Source of the DNA: Octopus sinensis | Lineage: Eukaryota | Length of the DNA stretch: 64,000 nt | Assembly: GCF_006345805.1 (NCBI RefSeq) | Contig: NC_043003.1 | Span: 73,036,001 to 73,100,000 of the forward strand | Direction: 5' to 3' | Shown here: one piece after another, positions 1 to 12,063 of the stretch | Position numbering within the stretch: the stretch's first letter is position 1 | How the letters are laid out: each line of letters opens with the position of its first letter | Made by a program: the position numbers and the translations under genes | The notes under the pieces: generated by a model | The model's database searches: none | Told to the model about the DNA's origin: nothing | What the model saw: the letters and a program-made list of their open reading frames with translations, nothing else

Positions 1-1094
1 TAAGCAATGTTAAGTTTTGTATTAAAAAATGATTACTCGATGTTGGTCAACTTGTTTGTTCGTCGATCAAAAGTTTTCTCCATTTTCTGTTTACTTTAAA
101 TTTGATTCCTGATAAACTCTTGTTTATTCTGCTATTACTTGTACGCTATGAGCATATATACCAATTCCCAGGGTTAACATAGGTAATTGATTCCGGTAGT
201 AAGAACGGCTATTCTTATCCTTTAGACGGTTATTCCAACCGCTAATTCTGCTTACCTATATATACGCACATAGATATACACTAAGACATATATATGTGTG
301 TATATGTATAATCTAAATGTTTGTGTGAGTGATCTTAACTAACTTTTTGAACACAACGTCTTAGAGTAAGATGTGTATAGTTGCATGCATACATATATGT
401 GTGCGTGCGTATGTAGTAAAGAGTGCATGAACTGTGTATATATAAGCATATGTATTTATTTGCAGAAGCATTTGCATCTGAGTGCGTTGTGTGGTTGTGT
501 ATATCACTGTATTTGACGAGTAATGTGATTCAATTTTAGTGTGTATATGCATGATTATAACATGCAGATACAATCTCTGTTGATAGGTACATGGTAGAAA
601 TCTGTGAAATGATGTGTGTATGTGCGCGCGTTTTTGTGTGTGTGTATTTGTGTGTAAAGGTGCGTGCGTATGTGAGTGTGTGTGAGTAAGAGAGAGAGAG
701 AGAGAGAGAGTATTTGTATGTGTATGTGTTGTGCAACATTCGAATTACGAGTACTCTTATTCGTTTATTGGATTCAGTGAGTAAACCGTAGCTATGCTTG
801 GTTACCACTCCCAAGTTTAGTCGTTTATATTGTCACTAGTACTTCTTGTAGTTATTTTATTAATATCTATTTGGTGATTTGTCAAGGGTGAAGAGCCAAG
901 AGGATGTCTATGTCTATATCGGCACCTAAAACGACATAAGCTATCAACTCATGCTTTCATGTGAATCACAGATGTATACGCAAACACACACACACGCACA
1001 CACATGCATATGCACGCACACGTACACACACACACACACATGCACACGCACGCGCACACACGCACGCATGCGCACACACATGTACACACACATG

Positions 1095-1900
1095 GAAGGT
1101 GACCAAATGAGGTTTATTTTTCGACATAGTCCCTCTTGTTGTCTATACACTTCTTCCATCGGTGTTGCATTGCTTCGATCCCGTTGGGGAAGCTTTCATC
1201 TTGTTGGTCAAAAAAAGTCAGCCGCACATATGACGTCACCATCTTTGCGATATTGGTTCCCAGCCAAGTGGTTTTATGTTGGGGAACAAATGATAATCAG
1301 ATGGGGTCAAATTAGGAGGATAGGGAGGATGGCCAAAAAATTCAAAACTACAGTCACTCACTACAGCCGTTGAAACGAAGGACTTCTCTGTTGAAGCATG
1401 GTCCTGAGGTATCAAGACTCCTTTCGTCAGTTACCCTGGCTGTTTGGTCTTCATAGCCTTTCGTAGCTGCCTCAGCGAGTTGACGTAGAACACTCAGCAG
1501 AAACCTTCATCATGCTAACTTCATTCTGCAGAATGGTCTCAATTTTTTCATGGGATATGCCAGTAGCATTGACTAGTTGATTTAAAGTTAGTTGCCTGTT
1601 ATTCTTCACCATGTGGTGTACACGATCAATGTTTTCCTCGGTGGAGGCACTTACAAGTTGTTCAGAGTTTGAGTTATCTTCACAACTCTCCCTTCCTTCC
1701 CTAAATTCAGATACGTACGTTTCTACTGTTGATTGAGCTGAGGCGTCATTTCCTAATGTAACAATCATGCCAGCATGAATGTAGTTGGGGGCGAAACTAT
1801 TTTTTCTGAAGGTACATAATAACACCACGAAGCCAAATTTTATCGATTTTACACTTGTGCACGTGTTATTTTCTAATATGTATGTCAATTACTCCGGGAA
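1095..1900 (-). mobile_element. Internally deleted mariner transposon
   Basis: ORF 1472..1888 resembles the mariner HTH region (IHAGMIVTLG...EFREGRES.ED...TEENIDRVHHMV). The reverse strand near 1100-1340 gives HPPYPPNLTPSDYHLFP and RWKKCIDNKRDYVEK. Confidence 0.8.
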
Positions 1901-2099
1901 GTATGCGCGTATGACCGTCTATCTTAGCAAGTGCATCTATGTTTGAAGACCATCTGTGTTCAAAGTGCATGTTAGACATGCATCTATGGACAAAGTGCAT
2001 TTATGTTTGAAGTGCATATATTTATGAGAGAAAGGGTCACGTGTTGATGTTTATGAATATGCTTGTGAGTGCACATATATAATTATGTATTTGTGAGTG

Positions 2100-3540
2100 T
2101 AAATATGGCACATTTCTTTGTGAATGTTTTGTGTTATGTGTCAATGTAATTTGGATGTTTGTGGATAGAGTGTGGTTATTAGTATTGTTGCTGCTTAGAC
2201 ACATGTTAGTGGTGAGAGTCTGGGTGCATATCGAAAGAAGTCTCAGCTGTTACACTATCTCTTATTCTGTACCAAAAACTACATAATCTAATGTATCCTT
2301 CTACATATGATGGGATTTGCAGATATCTTGCCTTTAATTTTAGCAGCTAGAGTAATCACGTATTAGTTTGCTCTCTGGAGATTGCTATTTTGATGAGGAA
2401 GCATTTCTTTCCCTGATGGTTAGATAACAATATAAATCTCATTAGCTTTGATTTCGCTGTCTGAGCGGATTGGCATAACTTAAATTATGCTCGCTTAGTA
2501 ATTCGTAGACACTTCTTGTGGTATAGGTTTTCATAATCTCTTTTCTGTTGGTTTTCACAATGTTTACAAAAATAATATTTCAAATGTGCAAAAGCCACAA
2601 CTCTGGCTAAGACTGTGTACCTAGTGATCATGTGGGTTGTTGCCTTTTCTCAACCTCAGCATATGCAGTCGCTAAATTCGTTTTCCTTCATTTCATACAC
2701 TTGGTAGTATCCGTTAAGAAGATTTTGGTACTATACCACAGTCGAGAATCTTTTAGCATTAAGGTTGAGTTATGTATTTCTCAACAACCAATTTTGAGAT
2801 TTATCTATTTCCAAACTCTTCAGCATTTTACCCTGGTAATAAGTGTTTTCCTCGTTGTCCTTGTAAAGTGTTGTTCTGTAACACCAAATTTTAAACCTCA
2901 CTTTTAACCTTTCCAAAATGGTTGATATTTTTCTTTCTTCAAGTAAGTGACTGTTATTTCAGATTTGTATTTGCAGCCTTCTTTATTTTGTTGCTGTTTT
3001 GTTATAATTTTTCTTTAGTTTATATTTTTGAAGTCTTACAATAAATATTTTATAAAAGGTTTCTCATCAAGATAGTTTCATATTTCTATGTCAGAGTATG
3101 CGTCGGGAATTCTAAGTGTAGTGATTAGTTTTCTTTTTTTTTTCTGTCTAGTCTGCTATCTATTTAGTGTCTAGTTGTGAATATTATAACTATAACTTAC
3201 TAATATGACAGCTGGACTTTTGATAACTATTACCTTACTTTTTGGCGTTTTCTTAATTTTACTTATGAAGTTAGTACATCTAATATTTCTTCTTTATCTT
3301 TCCTTCAATTTGTGTGCTGGATATTGTCTACTTCATTTAATTCTCTTATATCTGTTTCTTTATCTAACTTGATATACGTGTTTCTAATGAATTTCCGTTT
3401 AGTCAAGTTTCCATTGCCAATTTTTGTAGTCTTAACTTCGTATCGGTTACTCTTATATAAAGTATACTGTTCGTAGTAATATAATTTCTATATGCTTATA
3501 ATCTGCAACACATAATTTGTGGTGATCCACATACAAAATA
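2100..3540 (-). mobile_element. Degraded Penelope-like element, N-terminal/RT-proximal part
   Basis: Reverse-strand K*GLKFGV at about 2885-2905 (the PLE KGLxF motif), followed by a decayed Lys/Asn-rich frame with many stops. Confidence 0.4.
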
Positions 3541-3544
3541 CTGA

Positions 3545-3765
3545 TTTCAAATTTTAGCACAAGGCCAGCAAGTTAAGTGAAGTGGGTAAGTCGATTACAT
3601 TGACTCCAGTGATCAACTGATACTTATTTTATTGACCTCTAAAGGATAAAAGCCAAAGTCGACCTCGACGGCATTTGAATTCAGAACTTAAAGACAGACG
3701 AAATGCCGCTGAGCACTTTTTCCGGCATGCTATCGATTCTGATAGTTCGCCACCTTCCATATACA
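3545..3765 (-). mobile_element. tRNA-derived SINE, family 1
   Basis: Reverse-complement homology to 49641..49875. Confidence 0.7.
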
Positions 3766-3780
3766 AAATCTTTATTTCTT

Positions 3781-3999
3781 TTTACATTATTTACATTGGA
3801 CGGATATTTGTCCCCATCTTGTTTGTTGCTAACACAACGTTTCGGCTGATATACTCTCCAGCCTTCATCAGTAGTCTTGGGGGAAATTTCGAACATAGGT
3901 TCTCATTCCTAAGGTATTTCTCGATGATGTTATTATTATTAGTTGTAGTAGTAGTAGTAGTAGTAGCAGCAGCAGCAGCAGCAGCAGTATTAGTAGTAT

Positions 4000-4041
<42 letters not shown>

Positions 4042-4130
4042 CGGTAGCAGTAGCAGTATTCAGGTCACTGTCTGGAATCGAACTCGGAATTTTGGGGTTA
4101 GTAGCCCGCGCTCTTAACCACTACGCCATG
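3781..4130 (-). mobile_element. Second copy of the tRNA-head / microsatellite / hammerhead element
   Basis: The reverse strand shows A box (4118-4128), B box (4074-4083), about 130 bp of TAC/TGC microsatellite, then the same 3' module with CTGATGA...GAAACGTT. Confidence 0.78.
3831..3876 (-). ncRNA. Minimal type-I hammerhead ribozyme motif (stem I weakened)
   Basis: The reverse strand reads gacta-CTGATGA-a-ggctg-gagagtatat-cagcc-GAAAC-GTT-gtgtt. Confidence 0.68.
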
Positions 4131-4523
4131 TGTAAATAATGTAAATAACGTACATAATTCCTCATCTCTTAAATATAGAACTGCACTTTATTACGGCTGG
4201 ATGCTCTTCCTAACACCAACGATTCTGTAGAGTAGACTGAGTGCTTTCTACGTGGCACTCGCACATGCGAGGTCAGTTTTGGTGTGGATTTTACAGCTGG
4301 ATGCCTTTCCAAATGCCAACTCCTTTACAGTGTGGACTGGGTGCTTTTTAAGTGGCACCTGCATTGGTGGGGGTCACCAAGTGACTTTGCAAGACAAAGA
4401 CTCTGAGAGGGAAGGGGCATTGGAGGAGGTGCTCTTGTGCAAGATGATAACAGATTAGAGTGTGACAGAGAAGCAGAAACAGATCTTGCTGTAGAGGAGA
4501 TCTATGGTTAACAAGCCAGTGAG

Positions 4524-4557
<34 letters not shown>

Positions 4558-4803
4558 AAGATAAAGAGCGAGAGTTAACAAGAATGAGGGGAGAAACAGT
4601 TAACTAGAGGGAGAGAGAGTGAGAGAAAGAGAGAGAGAGAGGGGAAGTTGACAAGAAGTATGCTGCTGTAAAGAAGATTCATGGTTACCTAGCCAGAGTT
4701 AAGAGCAAGGGAAGGAGGGAGAGAGAGTGATCAAGAATGAGAGCAGAAACAGGTTTGTTGCTGTAGAGGAGATATATGATTACTCAGCCAAAGGGGAAAA
4801 CAA

Positions 4804-4881
<78 letters not shown>

Positions 4882-5329
4882 GAAGAGCAAGAGAGGGATG
4901 GCGATAAGTGCCAGGGTATACCTGCAAGGAATGGGAATCAAGGCATAGATGGGATGGTAGAGTAAGGAAGAGAGAGATGACTTGTGACAGGTGCTAGCAG
5001 GGTATCGCTAAGGAGATGTGGTCGGGATTGGCGGAATACAGTGAGTGGAGAGAATCTGGGGATATAGAAGGGGAGGGGGGACGAGGGGAAGCGGCGATGC
5101 AGTGAGTAAGGTAGTGAGGGCTGGGTTGGGGAGTAAGGATGGGGAATACTGTGACTTGTGAGAATCTGGATATGTTGTGGGGAGGGGGACGAGGGATGCA
5201 GAGTAGCAAGGACTAGATTGTGGAGTGGGAGATGACTATGGAAAAGCTAAATAGGAATAAGGGTAGAAGGGTTGAAGGGTTGAAGGGTTGAAGAGTTCAA
5301 TATTTCAGACATTATAAGGACATCGTCAT

Positions 5330-5490
5330 TCATCCATCGATTTCAAAATTTTATCCATAATATCCTCAAAAATCAATGATGGCCACCTTCAAAGCACTTG
5401 AGGTGTCGAATCAGACTATCAGAACTGTAGTGAATGAGGACATTCGATACAAGTCGTATGTAGAAAGGAGCGGCCAATTCATGTCTGCAT
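5330..5490 (+). mobile_element. Tc1/mariner (maT/DD37D-like) fragment
   Basis: PQKSM...LEVSNQTIRTVVNEDIRYKSYVERSGQFMS; same family as 20770..21310. Confidence 0.55.
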
Positions 5491-6285
5491 TGACACAAGA
5501 GAACAGTTTTAGATAGCATCCCTGGGCGTATTAATAACACGCACCAAGTATGGATTCAGGACATCCGTATACCGCAAGCCGACCTTCACTGGACGATACC
5601 TCAACTTCAGTTCCCACCATTCATATGGCGTAAAGAGAGGGATTGCTCAGTGCCTAAAACATCGAGCAAATAATATAAGTAGCGATCGTGATACACACCA
5701 CGAAGAAATGATCAAGCTCAATAACAATCTATTAAGTAACAACTACCCCAAAAACATACTATCTACTCCAATTATGAAGAAAAGAGAGGATGAAACCAAT
5801 AAAATATCCACAGTCTGTGAAATGTCTCTCCGAAAAGATACAAAAGATATGCGGCCCATATGACATCAGGACAGTATTCAAGAGTAATGCAACACTTCGC
5901 AAATATCTCCTTCGAATAAAACCACTAATAGAAAAGAATATGACCAAAGACTGCGTATACTCCATCCCACCAGCTGTGGTAGGTTATACAAAGGCGAAAC
6001 ATGCAGCCTCCTCTAAATAAGGGTAGAGGAACATCGCAAAGCTGTGACGCGAAGAGATATTGATAAATCGGGTATAGCTGATCATGTATGGAAAAATGGC
6101 GATCACCCCCCCCCCTGTGGGATGAAGTTAAAATAATATACAGAGAACACTGGAAAATACTAAAACTAAAAGCAACAGATTTGCTAGGACACAATAACCT
6201 CCTAAGCAGACCGAGAGCAAATATGAATAGCATATGGGAACCGGTATTAAGGAAGGATACGAAAATATTAGATTTATAAGCCCTA
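5490..6285 (+). mobile_element. Penelope-like element: RT thumb + GIY-YIG endonuclease, frameshifted
   Basis: SVYRKPTFTGRYLNFSSHHSYGVKRGIAQCL, then DCVYSIP..., RVEEHRKAV, KSGIADHVW, LWDEVKII. Confidence 0.85.
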
Positions 6286-6296
6286 AAATTCACTCC

Positions 6297-6535
6297 ATAT
6301 GGCGTAGTGGTTGACAGTGCGGGCTATTAACCCCAAGATTCCGAGTTCGATTCCAGGCAGTGAGGATAATAATAATAATAATAATAATAATAACTTAAGA
6401 ATGAGAACCCAGGTTCGAAATTTCCCCAAGACACCTGATGAAGGCTGGAGGGTATATCAGCCGAAACGTTGGGTTAACAACTAACAAGATGAGAAATATC
6501 CGTCAAATGTAAATATTGTTTTATGAAATTACGAA
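6297..6535 (+). mobile_element. tRNA-headed SINE-like element with internal (AAT)n and 3' hammerhead module
   Basis: A box TGGCGTAGTGG at 6300-6310, B box GTTCGATTCC at 6345-6354, an AAT repeat, then aatgagaacccaggttcgaaatttccccaagacacCTGATGAaggctg...cagccGAAACGTT. Homologous to 3781..4130 and 32218..32345. Confidence 0.8.
6430..6475 (+). ncRNA. Minimal type-I hammerhead ribozyme motif
   Basis: Stem I gacac/gggtt (one mismatch), core CTGATGA 6435-6441, extra A, stem II ggctg/cagcc, GAAAC 6463-6467, loopless palindromic ACGT stem III, GUU cleavage triplet. Confidence 0.72.
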
Positions 6536-6705
6536 ATATATCGCGAAATAACTCTCGTACTTTGTACACACATGCACCCCCCCCCACATACACACACGAT
6601 ATACACGCATGTATTGATATAGTTTTTACTATATCATAGACATAGTTTAATGATTTTAAAGAGTCACTGAAAATACCAAGTTTTATTCCGTTTTTCTTTT
6701 TGCAG

Positions 6706-6801
6706 TGTTCAATTTGATTGTGTTTGTAACTTCCATGTAGTTAATATTGGCTGGAAAACATCCGATTCTTTTCAGTTAATGTACGACATTTTGATTTGTT
6801 G
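6706..6801 (+). CDS. Possible 96-nt upstream exon (SEA N-terminal part?)
   Basis: Strong acceptor tttttctttttgcag and donor TG|GTATGG. The open frame is VQFDCVCNFHVVNIGWKTSDSFQLMYDILIC. Direct splicing to 7927 would create TGA, so its connectivity is unresolved. Confidence 0.2.
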
Positions 6802-7120
6802 GTATGGCTGAATCTGAATAAAATTTTCCGAACGTATATGCTAATATGTTGTTATAGTCATTATAAAAGACCAATTAACTTGAAAATATTTGTCAAGACT
6901 TCAAATTTTCCGATGTAAACGTTCACTCACACGCCTGTGCCCGCGAAGACATGCACGAGCATTCATACGTGCTTCTTGCTGTGTGCTTGTGTGGCTTCCT
7001 GCTATATGCAACACAGACAGACAGACAGAACACCACACACAACACGCACGCACACACAAACATACACACATATTCACACTCACGCATATATAAATATAAT
7101 ATATATATATATATATTATA

Positions 7121-7154
<34 letters not shown>

Positions 7155-7194
7155 ATATATATTATATAATATATATATATATATATTATATATA

Positions 7195-7676
7195 ATATAT
7201 ATAACAATTTAGGATGGCCTACAGCCATATCGTCCACCAGAGAGCAGCCAGAATCAAACCGCCAAGTTAGTGCAATTCGGAAATAAGGTGAAAATTAAAA
7301 AACGTTTACCCTAATTCATCTTTTATACGATGCATCGTTTCGGTGGTTTTAATGATAGACCAGCTCAATTAAATTAAATTAAGCTAGTCTACCATAGGTC
7401 ACCATTCATCAGTAAATTAAATTTAGCTAGTCTACCATAGGTCACACTCATCAGAAGTGTGACCTATGGTAGACTAGCTAATTTATTTAATGAGCTGGTC
7501 TATCATTAAAAACACCGAAACGATGCATCGTATAAAAGATGAATTAGGGTAAACGTTTTTTAAATTTTCACCTTATTCCGAATTGCACTACTTGGCGGTT
7601 TGAGTTCTGGCTGCTCTTTCTGGTGGACGAATGGCCTGTTTAGGCCATTCCTAAATTGTTATATTTATATATATTT
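7195..7676. repeat. Long fold-back inverted repeat of a hammerhead-bearing (PLE-type) end
   Basis: About 7195-7447 is the reverse complement of about 7455-7676 with small indels. The centre is ggtcacact-catcaga-agtgtgacc, and the left arm carries an extra partial tandem copy. Confidence 0.9.
7321..7416 (-). ncRNA. Type-I hammerhead with extended stem II and 12-nt palindromic stem III
   Basis: The reverse strand reads ttta-CTGATGA-at-ggtg...tggtagactagct/agctggtctatca...cacc-GAA-ACGATGCATCGT-A-taaa. Confidence 0.62.
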
Positions 7677-7926
7677 AGTCTTTGACTATTTTCTCTTTTC
7701 CACTAGGCCGCTGGTAGCGATAAATTTTTACTGAAATTTTTGCTACCCTAAATTGATTAAAATATATATATATATATATATAATATATATAATATATATA
7801 TATATATAATACCTACATACATACATACAAACATACATACATACATACATACATACATACACTACACACCACACATCTACACACACATATAATACAATGA
7901 TGTAAATCATAGTTTATTCTCTTCAG

Positions 7927-7968
7927 ATTTTGCAACTTAGAAGTCAGTGAAATTACTATGATAGACAG
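7927..7968 (+). CDS. Possible 42-nt upstream exon of the SEA domain
   Basis: Acceptor tttattctcttcag and a weak donor AG|GTGACA. The only open frame is FCNLEVSEITMID(R), which joins in phase 2 to give EITMIDRNGSVV. Confidence 0.3.
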
Positions 7969-8899
7969 GTGACACCTAAATATGTATTTAGCAGAAGAAA
8001 AATAAATCGTGAAATTTTCTTTATAAGAGACACTTATAGTGCATTAGGTAGGAGTGATTTTCTTGGCTAAATGATAATCTAGCAACAGGAACTTTTCTTT
8101 TATGTTTTGCTTTTTATAAAACATCAATTTTGATTTCCTCCAAATATACACGATACTGGTAAATCACGTTATTGCATAGACTCTCGAGACAGCTGAAAAA
8201 AACAAAACAAAAGAAAATACACACAAGCGTATACCCTATAATGCTAAAAATGTGCAGAAATGACTCATACAAAATCAAACGTTTCATAATTTTATAAATA
8301 AGAGACGTGCTGATAATTCCAGAAATATTTGAAAGAAGTTTTACTGTTATCTAAGCAAACAATTCATAAGTACGAATTAGTGTCATTGCTTAATGTAGTT
8401 AATATCGTGAGACTACTAAATATATTGCACGGAAAAATAATTTAATTAATGAATTAAAATGTTAGACACTAAATTTTTGCATTGAGTGCTAAATTGAGTA
8501 CAATTATTGTTTTTTTTTGTATATGTGTACGATTACCTGTTGCGTACGTGCGTGGGTCGGTTGACAAGTGTCTCTCTACTTATTCAGTAGCTTCATTTAT
8601 CGCCCATTCATGTATATTCTAAGTCGTCTTCCCTATTGCAGTAAATATGTTTTATTTGTTTGAACCATTTGACTGCGGCCTTGCTGGGGCACTGCCTTAA
8701 ATGGTTTAGTCTAACAAATTAACCCCAGTGCTTACTCTTTTATAAGCATGGTACTTATTCTATTCTATTGGTCTTTTTTGCCAAAACGCTAACTTACAGA
8801 GATGATGTAACAAACCAACGTCCATAGTCACTAGATGGATGTTAGCGTGTGGAAAACACGAAGACACACACACTAAAGATATACACATATACATAATAC

Positions 8900-8961
<62 letters not shown>

Positions 8962-8975
8962 ATATACGTATATAA

Positions 8976-9013
<38 letters not shown>

Positions 9014-9019
9014 AATAAT

Positions 9020-10420
9020 ATTAGGAATAAATCCAAACTTACAGGGAAAATTGAGATTTAGGATTAAATCCAATTTTATAGTATAAATATATTATATTAT
9101 ATTATATTAAATTAGAGATAAAACCACTATTAGGCAAATCAAACATTGAAAAACATAAGCCAATACATAAAATTAATATAAAATATAAAAGTTAAAAATA
9201 AAAAATTATTTAAATAGTTTAAACTAAAAAAAATTATATATATATACAAATATATATATGTATGTATATTTTTATATTTATATATTATTTAATTAATTAA
9301 TTAGTTAATTAATTAATTAATTAATTTATTTATTTTATTTATTTATTATTATTTTATTAATTTTTTTTATATCAAATGTATTAACAGTTTAATAAAAGAT
9401 AAAGAGTAAAACACTACGATCGTTTCATGGATGTACCAATTCGAATAACAATAATTAAAATTCAATTAATAATTCGAGTTATGGTTACAGTCAATCTTCA
9501 GGTTAATTGAAATATTTTAAAAATAATCAGAAATATTTAAACAATATTTTTAAGATATAAATAATATAATAATTTTACTTATAATAAACTCTATTATCAA
9601 ACTAGAAACTTAAAACTTAACAATTATGATTATATCAAAATCAATTACAATGTTAAATATTAATTTCAATTTATAAGGTAGGAAACCCACCAATAATTTA
9701 ATATCGGTAATAGTCTATATCTAATTACATAAATATTTAGAAAAAAACAAACTATATAAATTATCAATGAACATATATAAATCTATATAAATATTATAAT
9801 TAAGATATCAAATAATCTCTATAAATAAATATATATGCACATATAATAAAAACCTAATAAATTAATTTTTCATATTTAAAGATGAAATAGCTAATTTCAA
9901 AAATACAAACAAACAAGCTTAAACGAACTTTCGGAAATCTTATGTAAAATACTTATAGAAATAATCAATTCGTAGTTATATAGTATCGAATAAATACTAT
10001 AAATACTATAAATATAATTATCAATGGGAATAACTAGCGAATATCAATTTTAAAAGACAATAACAAAGTTATGCTATTAAGTTAGACATGGCCTGGACCA
10101 ATCTTTAGTCGAAACATATCTAAGTTTATCAAAGTTTATCTAATTTTAATTATAAGAAATTTAAAACTACAATTAATACTATTAATACATGTATATACAA
10201 AAGCCTAACTTAGACACCTCGTATTTTGCTATAAAACATAAATCTATCACTAAGTAGTATCTTACGAATAACTTAATTTAATATCTAATAATATAGAAAA
10301 TTACGATAATTAGATCATTACATAAACAACAATATTTACATAAGGAAAATATTATTACACCAAAGACTTAAAAAATAGTGGTTTTATCTCTAATTTAATA
10401 TAATATATATATGTATATAT
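9020..10420 (+). mobile_element. Extremely AT-rich remnant, probably PLE-derived
   Basis: RKPTN at about 9680 (thumb-like) and a reverse-strand GAAACGATCGTA palindromic hammerhead half at about 9410-9430. Otherwise barely recognisable. Confidence 0.3.
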
Positions 10421-10422
10421 AA

Positions 10423-10475
<53 letters not shown>

Positions 10476-10973
10476 CCACTGTCTACCAACTCTACTCGCA
10501 AGGTATTGGTCGGCACATGGCTATAGTAGAAAATACATTAGCTTAGGGTCCCACACAGTGAGACCGTACTCGAAATCATGTGGTTGGGGAGCAAACACAC
10601 GACTGCGCGGTAGTTTCCAAAATCTTAGCTAATTTCACTCACCATTAAAGCAGGATCCACTTAGGTCAAGGGAATGTGCGTTATTTCACCATGAAGATAT
10701 CTACTGTGTGGGTAATTGTTCTTTCGTGCAAGTGTTGAGAATGTACGAAGTCGCAGAAAATTCAAGTCTGTGTCTCGAGTAATTCAATTGTATTGGTCTT
10801 TCTACTTGTATTGAGAACTTTCCATTCATTACCATTAATATGGTAATGAATGGAAAACACATGCATGCACACATTTACACACACACACACACACATACAC
10901 ACACACACACACATACACATGCATATACACTGACAAACACATATAAATATATGTAGTCCTTTTATTATTGTAG

Positions 10974-11128
10974 GAATGGAAGTGTTGTTATCAACTTTAG
11001 TGTGACATTCTCCAAAACTGCCGTTAACGAAAGTGAAGTCGTATTCCTCCTCAAAGGGTTCAACACTAGAGACACTTTTCGTTTCTCCAAGGTTCAAGTC
11101 TACCTTACACCAGCTCAACTACAGTCTC
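10974..11128 (+). CDS. Host gene exon: C-terminal half of a SEA domain
   Basis: Acceptor tttattattgtag ends at 10973 and donor GTGAGT starts at 11129. The exon translates (R)NGSVVINFSVTFSKTAVNESEVVFLLKGFNTRDTFRFSKVQVYLTPAQLQS. GSVV followed by an alternating hydrophobic strand is the SEA autoproteolysis motif. Starts in phase 2, ends in phase 1. Confidence 0.7.
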
Positions 11129-12016
11129 GTGAGTGTATATATTTTTTATTACTTATAACACCCATAAATTTTAAAAAAAGCATAAATCACGTAAGTTTTC
11201 TTTTCGTTTGCTAGAAGCTAATTATTTTCATATTATGGCCTATTATCCTTATGAGCCTTAATTGTAGCAAAACGCTAATGCGTATATTACTGAGACTATT
11301 ATAGTCATATTTCTACTTCTACAAATTGTGTTGTTAATGAGATTAATGATACTACTACAGTGATACTTTAAAAATGCTATACCTGAGGTAAATATTCCCG
11401 TAAAGTGTGACACTAAACAATATCGCCTGTGGTTAAAAGCGAGTGTGGAACTACATTATATCATCTGAAAATGACATTATCTGTCGCACTATACCATCAT
11501 CAAAAATCGATAGTAACACGAACGCTAGACTAGATGATCTGGAGATATCATTTGAGATCTGAGTTGATACAAAAAGAGGAGATAACAAAGGTGTCATCAA
11601 ACATATTTCTTCTCCCTCGTCTTGTTGTTATTGTTGTTGTTGTTCTTCATCTTTTCTTCTTCTTTTTCTTCTTCTTCTTCTTCTTCTTCTTCTTTTTCTT
11701 TTTCTTCTTCTTCTCCTCCTCCTCCACCTCCTTCTTCTTCTTCATCTTCTCCTCCATCTCCTTTATAATGGCAATAATGGTTTCTCATTTAGGCACAAAA
11801 CCATTAATTTTGATAGTAGGAGGTGAGTCGATATCCACTCCAACACTTAACTGGTAGTTTATCTTATGTACCCGAAAGAATGAAAGGCAGAGTCGACCGC
11901 GGGGAGATACCTGCAAGGAAGGTTCTTGGCATTTAAGTTTACTTGTCGTAGCTTGATGACAGGAATTTTTTCCAACAGTATAATATGTTGTGCATATGTG
12001 AAATAATAATATAATA

Positions 12017-12060
<44 letters not shown>

Positions 12061-12063
<3 letters not shown>

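Noticed and set aside
6297-6365. tRNA gene (also 4058-4130)
   Set aside because: It has A/B boxes but no acceptor stem, a variable anticodon loop (CTATTAA versus CTACTAA), and runs into a microsatellite. It is a SINE head.
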